IMG/VR virus record: IMGVR_UViG_3300034073_002131
Span: 1 to 64,000 of that record
Length of the DNA stretch: 64,000 nucleotides
Source: a virus
Strand: one strand, 5' to 3'
Every line of letters starts with the position of its first letter. Positions within the stretch are counted from its first letter, which is position 1. Shown here one piece after another: positions 26,242 to 36,115 of this stretch. The notes under the pieces were generated by a model. That model saw only the letters and a list, made by a program, of their open reading frames with translations, made no database searches and was not told where the DNA came from. Made by a program: the position numbers and the translations under genes.

Positions 26242-28006
26242 CTGTTTTAGCTATGGACTAAACAACAGTATAGATTTTGTTCGTGCTCCGCTTACTCAAC
26301 TTATTGGTAAAAATGGACACGGTAAAAGTTCAATAGCACTTATCCTAGAAGAAGTACTATACAATAAAAATTCTAAGGGTATTAAAAAAGCAGATATTTT
26401 AAATCGTTATGTAAAAGATAACTGGTATTCAATTGAGCTAGTATTAGTTAAAGATAACGATGAGTATAGGATAGAAACAAAACGTTCTGGTTCGCAAATA
26501 GTTAAACTATTTAAAAATGGTAAAGATGTTAGTGGACACACAGCCACTACTACCTATAAAATTATTGAAGATATTATAGGTATAGACCATAAAACATTTA
26601 CACAAGTAGTTTATCAAAGCGGAGCAAATAGTTTAGAGTTTTTAACAAGCGCAGATACGGCTCGTAAAAAGTTTTTAATTGAACTGTTAAACTTAACTAA
26701 GTATACAGAAACAGGTGAGCAGTTTAAAAAACTACATCAAGAAATAGGAATTCTTGTTGCTAGTGCAGAAACTAAACTACGAACTATTCAAGATTGGATT
26801 GATAAGTACAATAAACAAAACTTAGATTTAAAATCTATTTTGCCAGTACCAAACCAACCAGAACAAGAACTAGAACAAGCCGCTAGTATTAGAGAAACTA
26901 TTAGTACTATAAGTGCAAAAAATAAAAAGATTTCTCAAAATAATACTTATAAAGAAATACAAAATAAATTACAAATATTACCAATTCCAGAAAAACCTGC
27001 AGAAAATGTAAGTGAATATATAGTTAAACGAGCAGAATATGATAAAGCTGCTCAGGATGCGCAACAATTTATTCGTAAACTTACTAACTTATCAGATTCT
27101 TGTCCTACTTGTTTACAAGCAATTAATAAAGAAAAAACTCAAGAATTACTTAATGAGTATGAGCAGATTGTTACTAGTAATAAAGAACTAAGTAAACAAG
27201 TTAGCGAAAAAATTCAAGATATTGAGCACAGAATAAAAGTATGGAAAAGTGCTTTAGATGCTCAAGTAGATTGGGAAAAATATTATCAATTAATTGATAA
27301 CGACTTACCTAGTGAACTATTTGATGAAAAAGTTCTACAAAAACAACTAGATGATTTACAAAAGTCTATACAACAAGCTAAATCTGCAATACAAGCTATA
27401 GAGCTAGAAAATCAAAGTCGGCAACAACACAACAGTAAAGTTGAATTGCTAAAGTCTCAGCTTGCTGATATGCAGCAAGATTTAACTACTTGGCAAAGTA
27501 ATTTAACAAGCTTACAAAATAGACTAAATATTTTAAGTATTCTAGTAAAAACATTTAGTACAACTGGTCTAGTAGCCTATAAAATCGAAAATTTAGTTAA
27601 AGACTTAGAAGTACTTACCAATCAATACTTGGGTGAACTAAGCGGTGGAAGATTTCAATTAACATTTGAGATCAGTGGTAATGATAAACTAAATGTTGTT
27701 ATAGTAGATAACGGAAATAACATTGATATACAGGCACTCAGTGGTGGAGAGCGTGCCAGAGTTAATGTTGCTACACTACTTGCTATTCGTAGATTAATGC
27801 AAGGATTATCACAAAATAGAGTAAACTTACTTATATTAGATGAAACTGTAGAAGCATTAGACTTAGATGGAAAAGAAAAGCTAGTAGAAATTCTCCTGCG
27901 CGAAGAAAACTTAAATACTCTACTAGTATCTCATGGATTTACCCATCCCCTGCTAGAAAAGATTACGGTTGTTAAAAAGCAAAATATATCTAGAATAGAG
28001 GACTAA
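26210..28006 (+). CDS. D13: SbcC/Rad50-like ATPase (T5 D13-like)
   Basis: GKNGHGKS, CPTC hook, LSGGE, LDE. Confidence 0.92.
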   Translation: MITIKHLKWSNCFSYGLNNSIDFVRAPLTQLIGKNGHGKSSIALILEEVLYNKNSKGIKKADILNRYVKDNWYSIELVLVKDNDEYRIETKRSGSQIVKLFKNGKDVSGHTATTTYKIIEDIIGIDHKTFTQVVYQSGANSLEFLTSADTARKKFLIELLNLTKYTETGEQFKKLHQEIGILVASAETKLRTIQDWIDKYNKQNLDLKSILPVPNQPEQELEQAASIRETISTISAKNKKISQNNTYKEIQNKLQILPIPEKPAENVSEYIVKRAEYDKAAQDAQQFIRKLTNLSDSCPTCLQAINKEKTQELLNEYEQIVTSNKELSKQVSEKIQDIEHRIKVWKSALDAQVDWEKYYQLIDNDLPSELFDEKVLQKQLDDLQKSIQQAKSAIQAIELENQSRQQHNSKVELLKSQLADMQQDLTTWQSNLTSLQNRLNILSILVKTFSTTGLVAYKIENLVKDLEVLTNQYLGELSGGRFQLTFEISGNDKLNVVIVDNGNNIDIQALSGGERARVNVATLLAIRRLMQGLSQNRVNLLILDETVEALDLDGKEKLVEILLREENLNTLLVSHGFTHPLLEKITVVKKQNISRIED

Positions 28007-28651
28007 ATGTTAGAAACTATATGTGACATATTTCAAGAAGCGTATAGACGCGGCTGGGTAACTACCCGTGATGGTAATGCCAGTATTAGGTATAAAGAAC
28101 AAAAATACTTCTATGTAACGCCTAGTGGTGTTCGTAAACAAACGCTTCAGCCAGATCAGTTTAAAAAGTTAAATATTATAACTGGAATACATAGTGGAAT
28201 AGTTGGACCAGATACTTTTTGGACCAACTATGAAGAAACAGATTATACTCCTATTAGTAAAAACTTAAAACCTAGTGGCGAAATTCCTATGCATTTTGGA
28301 CTACAAAAGGAAATTAATACAGATGTTAGAGTAGTATTACACCTACATCCAACATATACTGTAGCAGCTATGTATAAAGAAATTGATCTACAATGGCTTG
28401 TTGAAGAATTCCCTGAATTAAGCAGATATACTAGTATTGGCAAAACTGTTCCGCCATTTTTACCTCTTACACAAGAATTAGCTGATGCTTGTGTTCGAAA
28501 TCTTGGCCTTGAATCAGACGGTTCATTAGAGTATAATATAGTAGGAATGGACAGGCATGGCGTTGTAGCTGTAGACACCAGCCCTTGGCGTGCTTTTGAA
28601 CACATCGAGAGGTTAGAGCATATATGTAAAATAGTTTTACATGGGGGTTAG
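28007..28651 (+). CDS. Class II aldolase/adducin family protein
   Basis: DGNAS.R, TPSG..K, PS.E..MH, HLH, HG motifs. Confidence 0.88.
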   Translation: MLETICDIFQEAYRRGWVTTRDGNASIRYKEQKYFYVTPSGVRKQTLQPDQFKKLNIITGIHSGIVGPDTFWTNYEETDYTPISKNLKPSGEIPMHFGLQKEINTDVRVVLHLHPTYTVAAMYKEIDLQWLVEEFPELSRYTSIGKTVPPFLPLTQELADACVRNLGLESDGSLEYNIVGMDRHGVVAVDTSPWRAFEHIERLEHICKIVLHGG

Positions 28652-28831
28652 ATGACTAAACGTACGCGTTCAAAAATTACCAAAGGTAAGCATACCACAT
28701 TTGTACATCATAGTAATGGTGTTGTAGAAATGATAACTGATTGGGATGCCTTAGCACTAGAAATTAATAAAGCAATAGAATCGTGGAAAAAGTCAAATAA
28801 GCCCGTAAAGACTAAACCACTCCGAGTATAA
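28652..28831 (+). CDS. Small basic hypothetical protein (59 aa)
   Basis: Read directly; fills the gap, TAATG-coupled to D14. Confidence 0.55.
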   Translation: MTKRTRSKITKGKHTTFVHHSNGVVEMITDWDALALEINKAIESWKKSNKPVKTKPLRV

Positions 28832-29286
28832 TGGTAGACAGTAGACAAAAGGGCGCTAGAACCGAAACCAAAGTCAAAGAATTCTTACGAGAATATACTG
28901 TACTAAAATGGGAGCGTGTTCCAGGTTCTGGTGCCTTAAATGAAAAACATGGCTTAAAAGGTGATTTATATATTCCGGGCGAAAAGAATATATATTGTAT
29001 AGAGGTAAAAGGCTACGCGGACGACCATCTTACAAGCCATATATTAACTAGTAAAAGTCCTACTCTTTTAGACTGGTGGCAACAAACCCTGCGAGAAAGT
29101 AAACAAGTTAGTAAACAGCCACTACTATTTTTTAAGTTTGATCGTAGTAAAATATTTGTAGCCTTTGAAGATATACCTAACGATTCATATCCTTATGTGT
29201 ATATAAATAGAGATGACTATAAATTTTTTGTTGCACTAGCTGAAGATTGGATAACAAATGAAGATATTGAGTTTATAAAGGTCTAA
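28831..29286 (+). CDS. D14: Holliday-junction-resolvase-like nuclease (T5 D14-like)
   Basis: SR.KG...E, RVPGSGA, KGD, IEVK, WW.Q. Confidence 0.85.
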   Translation: MVDSRQKGARTETKVKEFLREYTVLKWERVPGSGALNEKHGLKGDLYIPGEKNIYCIEVKGYADDHLTSHILTSKSPTLLDWWQQTLRESKQVSKQPLLFFKFDRSKIFVAFEDIPNDSYPYVYINRDDYKFFVALAEDWITNEDIEFIKV

Positions 29287-29294
29287 TATTGCCT

Positions 29295-30305
29295 ATGATT
29301 AATAAATTAGTTGGAATTATTATTGCTACTGCTTCTATTTCAGTTGCAGCTCAAACACTTACAGGCGCTGGCGCTACATTTCCTTATCCTGTATACGCTA
29401 AATGGGCAGAAGCATACCAAAAAGAAACTAAAGTTGGATTAAATTATCAAAGCATAGGAAGTTCTGGCGGTATTCGTCAGATTAATAATCGAACAGTAAC
29501 TTTTGGAGCTACTGATGCTCCAGTTAAGGGTGAAGATTTAGATAAACTAGGGCAAGTTCAATTTCCTGCAATTATAGGTGGAACAGTTCCTATTATTAAT
29601 CTTGACGGAGTTCAAGCTGGTGAGCTTCGAATTACTGGACCCGTACTAGCAGAAGTTTTTATGGGTTCAATACTAAAATGGAATGACCCTAAACTACAGC
29701 AACTTAATCCAAACAAAAAACTTCCTGACTTAGCTATTACTGTAGTACACAGAGCAGATGGGTCTGGAACTACATTTAATTTTACTGATTACCTAAGCGC
29801 AGTAAGTCAGGACTGGCTAAACAAGGTGGGTCGAGGTGCCGCAGTAAAGTGGCCTGCTAATAGTAGTGTGGGCGGTAAAGGCAATGAAGGCGTGGCTGCT
29901 AATGTGCGTAGAGTACGGGGTTCTATTGGATATGTAGAGTATGCCTATGTTAAGAAAAATAACATGACATACATGAAGCTACAAAATAAGGATGGCGAAT
30001 TTGTTGATCCAGATGATGCTACCTTTGCAAGTGCTGCGGCTGGTGCAGATTGGTTTAGTGTACCAGGCATGGGTTTAAGTATTGTTAATCAGCCTGGCAA
30101 AAATACTTGGCCAATTAGTACCGCTAGTTTTATCATCATGTACAAAGATCCACAGGACAAAAAATCTAGCCAAGAAGCTATTAAGTTCTTTGACTGGGCA
30201 TTTAAACACGGTGCTAAAATGAGTGAAGAACTTGACTATGTACACCTACCAGAGTCACTACAAGCCCAAATTAAAGCCCGTGTTTGGAGTCAGATTAAGC
30301 ACTAA
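29295..30305 (+). CDS. pstS: Phosphate ABC transporter substrate-binding protein
   Basis: Signal peptide, TGAGATFP, NYQSIGS.GG, HR.DGSGTT, GKGNEGVA. Confidence 0.95.
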   Translation: MINKLVGIIIATASISVAAQTLTGAGATFPYPVYAKWAEAYQKETKVGLNYQSIGSSGGIRQINNRTVTFGATDAPVKGEDLDKLGQVQFPAIIGGTVPIINLDGVQAGELRITGPVLAEVFMGSILKWNDPKLQQLNPNKKLPDLAITVVHRADGSGTTFNFTDYLSAVSQDWLNKVGRGAAVKWPANSSVGGKGNEGVAANVRRVRGSIGYVEYAYVKKNNMTYMKLQNKDGEFVDPDDATFASAAAGADWFSVPGMGLSIVNQPGKNTWPISTASFIIMYKDPQDKKSSQEAIKFFDWAFKHGAKMSEELDYVHLPESLQAQIKARVWSQIKH

Positions 30306-30307
30306 AT

Positions 30308-31150
30308 ATGAGTAAATCATTTCAACAAGTAAGCGAACTAGAAAATACCTTAATGGTAGTAGATGCCCTAAACCTAGCATTTCGCTGGAAACATAATGGC
30401 GCAACAGACTTTTATGAAGATTACTTGCGTACGGTAGATAGTCTTAAAAAGAGTTATAAAGCTCGCTGGGTTATTATAGCTGCAGATCAAGGTTCAAGTA
30501 GTTATCGTAAACAAATTTATCCTGAGTATAAACAGAACAGAAAAGATAAATTTGCTGAGCAAACTGAAGCTGAGCGTGCAGCTTTTGAGCGATTCTTTGA
30601 AGACTATCAGCACACACTAGACTGGATTCGCACACAAACTCAGTACCCAATTATTCAGTTTCCACAAACTGAGGCTGATGATATAGCTGCCTACATCACT
30701 CAGCAGAATAAAAATTATCCCGTTACTCATACTTGGTTAATAAGTAGTGATAAAGATTGGGATTTGTTAGTGGGTGAAAATACTAGCCGTTTTAGCTATG
30801 TGACTCGCAAAGAAGTCACAGCCAATAACTGGCATACTCATTATGACTTTACACAAGATCAATACATTAGTATTAAATGCCTAATGGGTGACGCTGGAGA
30901 TAATGTGCGTGGAGTAGAAGGCATTGGTCCTAAACGTGCTCATCAGCTAGTAGAGGAGTGGGGCACTGCTCTAGATATAGTTGCAAATCTACCTATTCCC
31001 AGCAAACTAAAGTATGTTAAAACGCTAAATGATAGTGCGGATACTATCATGCTAAACTATCAGCTTATGGACTTAGTTACATACTGTGCAGATGCACTAG
31101 GTTCTAATACACAACAAATAGACACTATTCTACAAGAGTATATTAAATGA
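30308..31150 (+). CDS. D15: 5'-3' flap endo/exonuclease (T5 D15-like)
   Basis: VD..NLAFR, YK.NR, EADD, S.D.DW, GD.GDN..GV.GIG.KRA. Confidence 0.92.
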   Translation: MSKSFQQVSELENTLMVVDALNLAFRWKHNGATDFYEDYLRTVDSLKKSYKARWVIIAADQGSSSYRKQIYPEYKQNRKDKFAEQTEAERAAFERFFEDYQHTLDWIRTQTQYPIIQFPQTEADDIAAYITQQNKNYPVTHTWLISSDKDWDLLVGENTSRFSYVTRKEVTANNWHTHYDFTQDQYISIKCLMGDAGDNVRGVEGIGPKRAHQLVEEWGTALDIVANLPIPSKLKYVKTLNDSADTIMLNYQLMDLVTYCADALGSNTQQIDTILQEYIK

Positions 31151-31629
31151 TAAATGGCGCAACAACACTAACAGGAACAACCAATATACAAGGACTTTAT
31201 ACTAGTACACTTAATATTCAGTGTTTGCTACTAAAAGAAAACGCAGAACTACCTAAGCGTCAGCACCCCACAGATGCAGGAGCTGACTTATGTAGTGTTG
31301 ATAGCCTAGATCTGTACCCTGAGGAAACCAAAGCTGTTGGTACAGGTATAGCAGTCAAAATTCCAGTAGGCTTTGTTGGGTTAATCTTTAACAGAAGCAG
31401 TCAAGGAAAAAGGGGAATCATACTGCCTAATAGCGTAGGCGTTATAGACAGTGATTACCGTGGCGAACTAAAAGTTCTATTAAAAAATATTTCGGGCGAC
31501 CTATATAAAATTTCACAGGGCGATAGAATTGCCCAACTAGTGTTAGTACCAATTCAATTAGCTACATTTACAGACTGCTGGAATGATACCCAACGAGGTA
31601 CAGGCGGATTTGGCAGTACAGGAAAATAA
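31147..31629 (+). CDS. dut: dUTPase
   Basis: AGADL, RSS, GVIDSDYRG, GDRIAQ, RG.GGFGSTG. Confidence 0.95.
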   Translation: MINGATTLTGTTNIQGLYTSTLNIQCLLLKENAELPKRQHPTDAGADLCSVDSLDLYPEETKAVGTGIAVKIPVGFVGLIFNRSSQGKRGIILPNSVGVIDSDYRGELKVLLKNISGDLYKISQGDRIAQLVLVPIQLATFTDCWNDTQRGTGGFGSTGK

Positions 31630-31638
31630 AGGAGTAAC

Positions 31639-33600
31639 ATGACAAGCACACGAGCACAAGTTATAACTCGCAGGACCTATAACAGACCCATCAGCGATGA
31701 TGGCAAACAATTTGAAACTTGGCAGGATACAGTTAGCCGAGTAATCTCACATCAGGCATGGCTGTGGGAGCGTGCTGCTGGCAGACAGCTTCTACCCAAT
31801 GAGTATGCAGAACTAAATCGCCTAGAACAACTTATGATTGAGCGTAAGGTTTCTATGAGTGGTCGTACACTCTGGCTAGGCGGCACACAAATAGCTAAAA
31901 ATCGCGAAGCCTCGCAGTTTAATTGTAGTTTTACAGAAGTAGAAACCGTGTACGATGTAGTAGATGTTCTATGGCTACTCTTACAAGGCTGCGGCGTAGG
32001 ATTTAAGCCTATTGTAGGCACACTAAATGGGTTTTCAAAACCTATTCAAAATATTGAAGTAGTCCGATCACAACGTACTGAAAAGGGTGGCTGTGAGCAC
32101 AACGTAGAAACTTGGGACGCACAAACAAAAACTTGGCGTATTCAGGTAGGTGACAGTGCAGAAGCATGGGCTAAAAGTATTGGTAAACTAATGGCAGGAA
32201 AATATCCTGCTGATACTCTTGTTCTAGACTTTAGTCAACTACGTCCTGCTGGTGAAAGGTTAAAAGGTTATGGATGGATTAGTTCAGGTGACTCGGCTAT
32301 CAGTACTGCTTATGTTGCTATCGCCCGTATCCTTAATGGACGGGCAGATTCATTACTCACCAGAATGGATATCATGGATATTGTTAATTGGCTTGGTACC
32401 ATTCTGTCTAGTCGCCGAAGTGCTGAGATTGCGCTTTTTGACTACGGCCAACCAGAATGGCAAGAATTTGCAGTAGCTAAAAAAGACTGGTGGTTGCATA
32501 ACAACGCACACCGTCAGCAATCAAATAATAGCCTAGTGTTTAATGAAAAGCCTACCTACGAGCAGCTAAGCGAAATCTTTGCAATTATGCAAGAAGCTGG
32601 TGGAAGTGAACCCGGTTTTATTAATGCACAAGAGGCACGTCGTCGTGCACCTTGGTATAAGGGAGCAAATCCTTGTGTTGAAATCCTGTTGGGAAACAAA
32701 TCATTCTGTAATCTTACAGAAACAGATATTGGAAAGTTTAAGGGCAATACCGCAGGACTTCACGAAGCTATACGGCTTGCCGCCCGAGCTAACTATCGTC
32801 AAACCTGTGTTAACCTCAAAGACGGTATCCTCCAAGAAGCATGGCATCTCAACAATTACTTCTTGCGACTATGTGGTGTAGGCCTAACAGGTATTGCTAA
32901 GCGTCCAGATATGACTGGATACGACTACGAATACCTAAAGCGTACAGCTACCAGTGCTGCAATTGGTATGGCTGATGAGCTAGGCCTACCACGTCCTAAG
33001 AATATTACTTGTGTTAAGCCGTCAGGCACACTAAGTAAGATTATGGATACTACTGAAGGCGTACACAAGCCACTAGGCAAGTACATTTTCAACAATGTAC
33101 AGTTCAGCAAGTACGATCCAGTCGTAGAAAAACTGCGCGAAGCAAACTATAAAGTATTTAATCATCCTACAGATGATACCGGTGTCCTAGTAACCTTTCC
33201 AGTAGAGTGGTCGGATGTTCCGTTCCACAAACAAGACGGCAAAGAAGTTAACCTAGAAACTGCTATTGATCAACTAGAGCGTTACAAGTTAATTCAGACT
33301 AGTTGGACTCAGCAAAATACATCAGTAACTATTAGCTACGAGCCACATGAAGTTCCAGAAATTGTGGATTGGCTAATGAATAATTGGGATTGCTATGTTG
33401 GCGTTTCATTTATTTATAGGTCAGATCCTACAAAAACAGCCAAAGACCTTGGCTACCTGTACCTACCACAAGAAGTTGTGGATGAGTATACTTTCCGTAA
33501 TTACGTTCAAGACCTAAAGCCAGTCAATATTGATAGTGCCAATAGTTTTGACGCAATCCTAGATGATGAATGTTTAACCGGCGCATGCCCCGTAAAATAA
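31639..33600 (+). CDS. nrdJ: Class II (adenosylcobalamin-dependent) ribonucleotide reductase, monomeric type
   Basis: RRTY.R, FNCSF, RRSAEI, SNNS, NPC.EI, TCVKPSGT, C-terminal C..GACP. Confidence 0.9.
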   Translation: MTSTRAQVITRRTYNRPISDDGKQFETWQDTVSRVISHQAWLWERAAGRQLLPNEYAELNRLEQLMIERKVSMSGRTLWLGGTQIAKNREASQFNCSFTEVETVYDVVDVLWLLLQGCGVGFKPIVGTLNGFSKPIQNIEVVRSQRTEKGGCEHNVETWDAQTKTWRIQVGDSAEAWAKSIGKLMAGKYPADTLVLDFSQLRPAGERLKGYGWISSGDSAISTAYVAIARILNGRADSLLTRMDIMDIVNWLGTILSSRRSAEIALFDYGQPEWQEFAVAKKDWWLHNNAHRQQSNNSLVFNEKPTYEQLSEIFAIMQEAGGSEPGFINAQEARRRAPWYKGANPCVEILLGNKSFCNLTETDIGKFKGNTAGLHEAIRLAARANYRQTCVNLKDGILQEAWHLNNYFLRLCGVGLTGIAKRPDMTGYDYEYLKRTATSAAIGMADELGLPRPKNITCVKPSGTLSKIMDTTEGVHKPLGKYIFNNVQFSKYDPVVEKLREANYKVFNHPTDDTGVLVTFPVEWSDVPFHKQDGKEVNLETAIDQLERYKLIQTSWTQQNTSVTISYEPHEVPEIVDWLMNNWDCYVGVSFIYRSDPTKTAKDLGYLYLPQEVVDEYTFRNYVQDLKPVNIDSANSFDAILDDECLTGACPVK

Positions 33601-33602
33601 CT

Positions 33603-33785
33603 ATGAATGAACCTACTCTAACTTTTAAAGATCTTACTATTCAAGAAGCTAACGCAATCCTTGCAGGCCTACAAGAATTACCTGCTAAAGTTTGCAATCC
33701 TTTAACTCAAAAGTTGCAACAACAAGCACAACAGCAACTACAACCACCAGAACAAGCAGGTATGGAAGTAGTAAAAGAAAGTTAA
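33603..33785 (+). CDS. Small protein (E.N.IL..LQELP family)
   Basis: ORF before the convergent terminator. Confidence 0.65.
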   Translation: MNEPTLTFKDLTIQEANAILAGLQELPAKVCNPLTQKLQQQAQQQLQPPEQAGMEVVKES

Positions 33786-33787
33786 AT

Positions 33788-33823
33788 AAAAAGCCCGGTA
33801 TACTAAGTATACCGGGCTTTTTT
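33788..33823. terminator. Bidirectional terminator between early and late blocks
   Basis: A-run, gcccggtatac/gtataccgggc, T-run. Confidence 0.85.
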
Positions 33824-34460
33824 AATTTGGCGTATCCATATCACTATCTTCATCATCTACACTACTATCTTCATTGTTATAGTCGTGTAATGTACTTACT
33901 ATTTCTACTAGTATATCTCGATAAGGCTGCTCTACATCTGGTAAATCTGTTAGATAAATATCTATGTGACCATTGCGTAATAATTCAGCATGGTACATGA
34001 ATTGTCCAAAAGCCTCTACTTCTTCTGGGATATTTTGATTAGCATAGTCCTCAATAGCTTGAGCTACCATATCTAACATATCTTGTTCAATATAACCCTT
34101 TTGTGTAAGTAGTATTAAATCTAATGCTTTTTTAGTACGTTCACGTACTATTTGATCGCGTTTAGCTCTAGCCCAAGTCTGAGCACCATCGCCGCCCCAT
34201 AAATCCCAAGCTACTCTACCCTTACTAGGAAATCCTTCTTGGCCGCTATAAAAACCTTGAGCTTTTTTATCCACTTCGTGACGGGAGAAGAAACTATGCA
34301 TACGCATTACTGTACTTGCACTTAATGGTTCTCGATCTTTTAATTGATTTGCCCTGGCTAAACCTACAAGGGTGCCGCCTGGTTTTCCTTCGTCTTTCCA
34401 CTTTAGGGCACGTTTAGCTGCGCTAGCCATACCTGTAGTGGGTTTATATGTTTTTGCCAT
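33822..34460 (-). CDS. Conserved phage protein (AW.LWGGD..W domain) with acidic C-terminus
   Basis: ARANQL, RM.SFFSRH, AWDLWGGDG motifs seen in phage virion-associated proteins. Confidence 0.7.
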   Translation of the reverse strand: MAKTYKPTTGMASAAKRALKWKDEGKPGGTLVGLARANQLKDREPLSASTVMRMHSFFSRHEVDKKAQGFYSGQEGFPSKGRVAWDLWGGDGAQTWARAKRDQIVRERTKKALDLILLTQKGYIEQDMLDMVAQAIEDYANQNIPEEVEAFGQFMYHAELLRNGHIDIYLTDLPDVEQPYRDILVEIVSTLHDYNNEDSSVDDEDSDMDTPN

Positions 34461-34461
34461 G

Positions 34462-35151
34462 TTAATCCTTATAGGCTATAATTATTTGTTTGCACATACG
34501 ACTACGCACAATATCTTGTTCTAGGAATCTAACAACTTCTACGCCTTCTATCTGCTCTAGTCGTTTTATAGCATCTTCTAATCCAGAGTTTGAAATGTCT
34601 CGTTGATCAGGATCTCCGCTTAAAATTACTTTGCAATTTTTACCTACTCTAGATAGTAACATTTTAAGCTCTGTTTTAGTAAGATTTTGTGCTTCATCTA
34701 CTAAAACTATAGCATTATCAAATGTTGCTCCTCGCATAAAACCAATTGGTCGAGGCTCTATGTCTTTGTTTTTAAGAGCATATTCATAGAATCCCTTACC
34801 TAGGCTACGTTGAAATACATTATCAAATGGTTCTAGGTAGGGTGCGTACTTTTCATCAAGTTCGCCGGGTAAAAATCCAAGTCCTCGCCCTGTTTCTATA
34901 TTCGGTCGAGTTAGTATAATTTTATTAACGCGTCTGTGAAAAAGCTCCCCTGCGGCATAACTGGCGGCTATATAGGTCTTACCTGTACCTGCGCTACCTA
35001 CGCCAAACACAACATCATTTTGTTTAATTGCATCTAAATATTGCTCTTGAATATAATTAAGCGGCTTTACATCTTTAAAGCCGTATTCAATCGGATTTTG
35101 TGGAGCATTAGACTGTTGTCTACGAGCTTTCTTACCTGATCTTGTTGCCAT
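34462..35151 (-). CDS. phoH: PhoH-like ATPase
   Basis: GSAGTGKT, LGFLPG, FMRG.TF, DEAQN, GD..Q.D, DIVRS. Confidence 0.95.
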   Translation of the reverse strand: MATRSGKKARRQQSNAPQNPIEYGFKDVKPLNYIQEQYLDAIKQNDVVFGVGSAGTGKTYIAASYAAGELFHRRVNKIILTRPNIETGRGLGFLPGELDEKYAPYLEPFDNVFQRSLGKGFYEYALKNKDIEPRPIGFMRGATFDNAIVLVDEAQNLTKTELKMLLSRVGKNCKVILSGDPDQRDISNSGLEDAIKRLEQIEGVEVVRFLEQDIVRSRMCKQIIIAYKD

Positions 35152-35191
35152 GTATAAAACCTTGTTAGTAAGTTAAAATTAAACACCTAAA

Positions 35192-35392
35192 TTACTTTTT
35201 TGTGTCTGGTTTCACCTCACTGGGTTTTTGTGCACTTTCTAATTTCTTATGCACTTTTATAGTCTTGCAAACTTCCTTTTCTACACCTTTGCTGTCTTTT
35301 TGTTTTTCACACACTCGCTTAGTTTCAGGTTCAGCATACACAAAACCAACTTGTGCAAGGGTTAACATTGCTGCAAATAGTAGTTTTATCAT
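35192..35392 (-). CDS. Small secreted protein
   Basis: Signal peptide, two Cys, Lys-rich. Confidence 0.65.
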   Translation of the reverse strand: MIKLLFAAMLTLAQVGFVYAEPETKRVCEKQKDSKGVEKEVCKTIKVHKKLESAQKPSEVKPDTKK

Positions 35393-35833
35393 TTAAATCT
35401 CCGGCTGTGGTGCTTGCGGTGGTTTAGCTCTACCACCAAATCCAGTTTCTATACCACCAGGTTGAAATCCTAGTATAGGCTCTTGTCGTTGAACTGGCTG
35501 TTCTCGTGGTTTAATTGCCTCTATAGTAGCCTTAAAACCATCTTGTTGTTGTTTTTGAGCCTGAAGCATTGCTTGTTGATCTTCTGGTTTTGTACCAGCA
35601 AGCATAATGCCACTTAGTGTACCAGTTAAAAATGTAGCTATAGGTACGATAAGCTCAAAAAACTTTTGATCTATAGGACTCATAGCATTTAGCGGTTGCG
35701 TTACAAATATTATGCTGTAAAGCACAACAAATACAATACCAGTTAGGGTAAGTGCTAGGCAGACTCCAATAAAAAATTTAAGTCTAGCCATTAGCTGTTC
35801 TTCAGTATAAATACGTATCTCCTTATTTTGCAC
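35393..35833 (-). CDS. Membrane protein, possible holin
   Basis: Two TM helices, downstream of endolysin. Confidence 0.6.
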   Translation of the reverse strand: MQNKEIRIYTEEQLMARLKFFIGVCLALTLTGIVFVVLYSIIFVTQPLNAMSPIDQKFFELIVPIATFLTGTLSGIMLAGTKPEDQQAMLQAQKQQQDGFKATIEAIKPREQPVQRQEPILGFQPGGIETGFGGRAKPPQAPQPEI

Positions 35834-36113
35834 CTTTTGCTCCCCCTTTATCTGGTTGACATTGCTGACAAGTTTGACCAATGGGTTCAGTTCTGGTTTC
35901 TGGTGGGCCTAGCCTAGGATCTCGCTGTCCTTTAAATATATGCTCTGGACAAGTGCGAGTAACATCGCATAGTGGTTTTTGACACTGTTTGGTTTCCCAG
36001 TTTTGAGGGTCTTGGCAAGGGTATCTAAATCTATCGCTACCAAATGCTGCTAGTGCAACTGGTAAGCCTATTAGTACTAGTAAAAATAAAAATAGTTTTT
36101 TATCACTAATCAC
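35823..36113 (-). CDS. Membrane-anchored Cys-rich protein (FRYPCQDP.NW family)
   Basis: N-terminal TM helix and Cys motif. Confidence 0.7.
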   Translation of the reverse strand: MISDKKLFLFLLVLIGLPVALAAFGSDRFRYPCQDPQNWETKQCQKPLCDVTRTCPEHIFKGQRDPRLGPPETRTEPIGQTCQQCQPDKGGAKGAK

Positions 36114-36115
36114 GA

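Noticed and set aside
29200-29295. Pho box upstream of pstS
   Set aside because: No CTGTCAT-type 11-bp direct repeats recognised; the region is D14 coding sequence.
17570-33600. Inteins, introns or homing endonucleases in helicase, polymerase or RNR
   Set aside because: Proteins are of normal length with contiguous motifs; no HNH or LAGLIDADG ORF seen.
33692-34000. Plus-strand ORF 33692-34000
   Set aside because: Crosses the bidirectional terminator and overlaps real genes on both strands.
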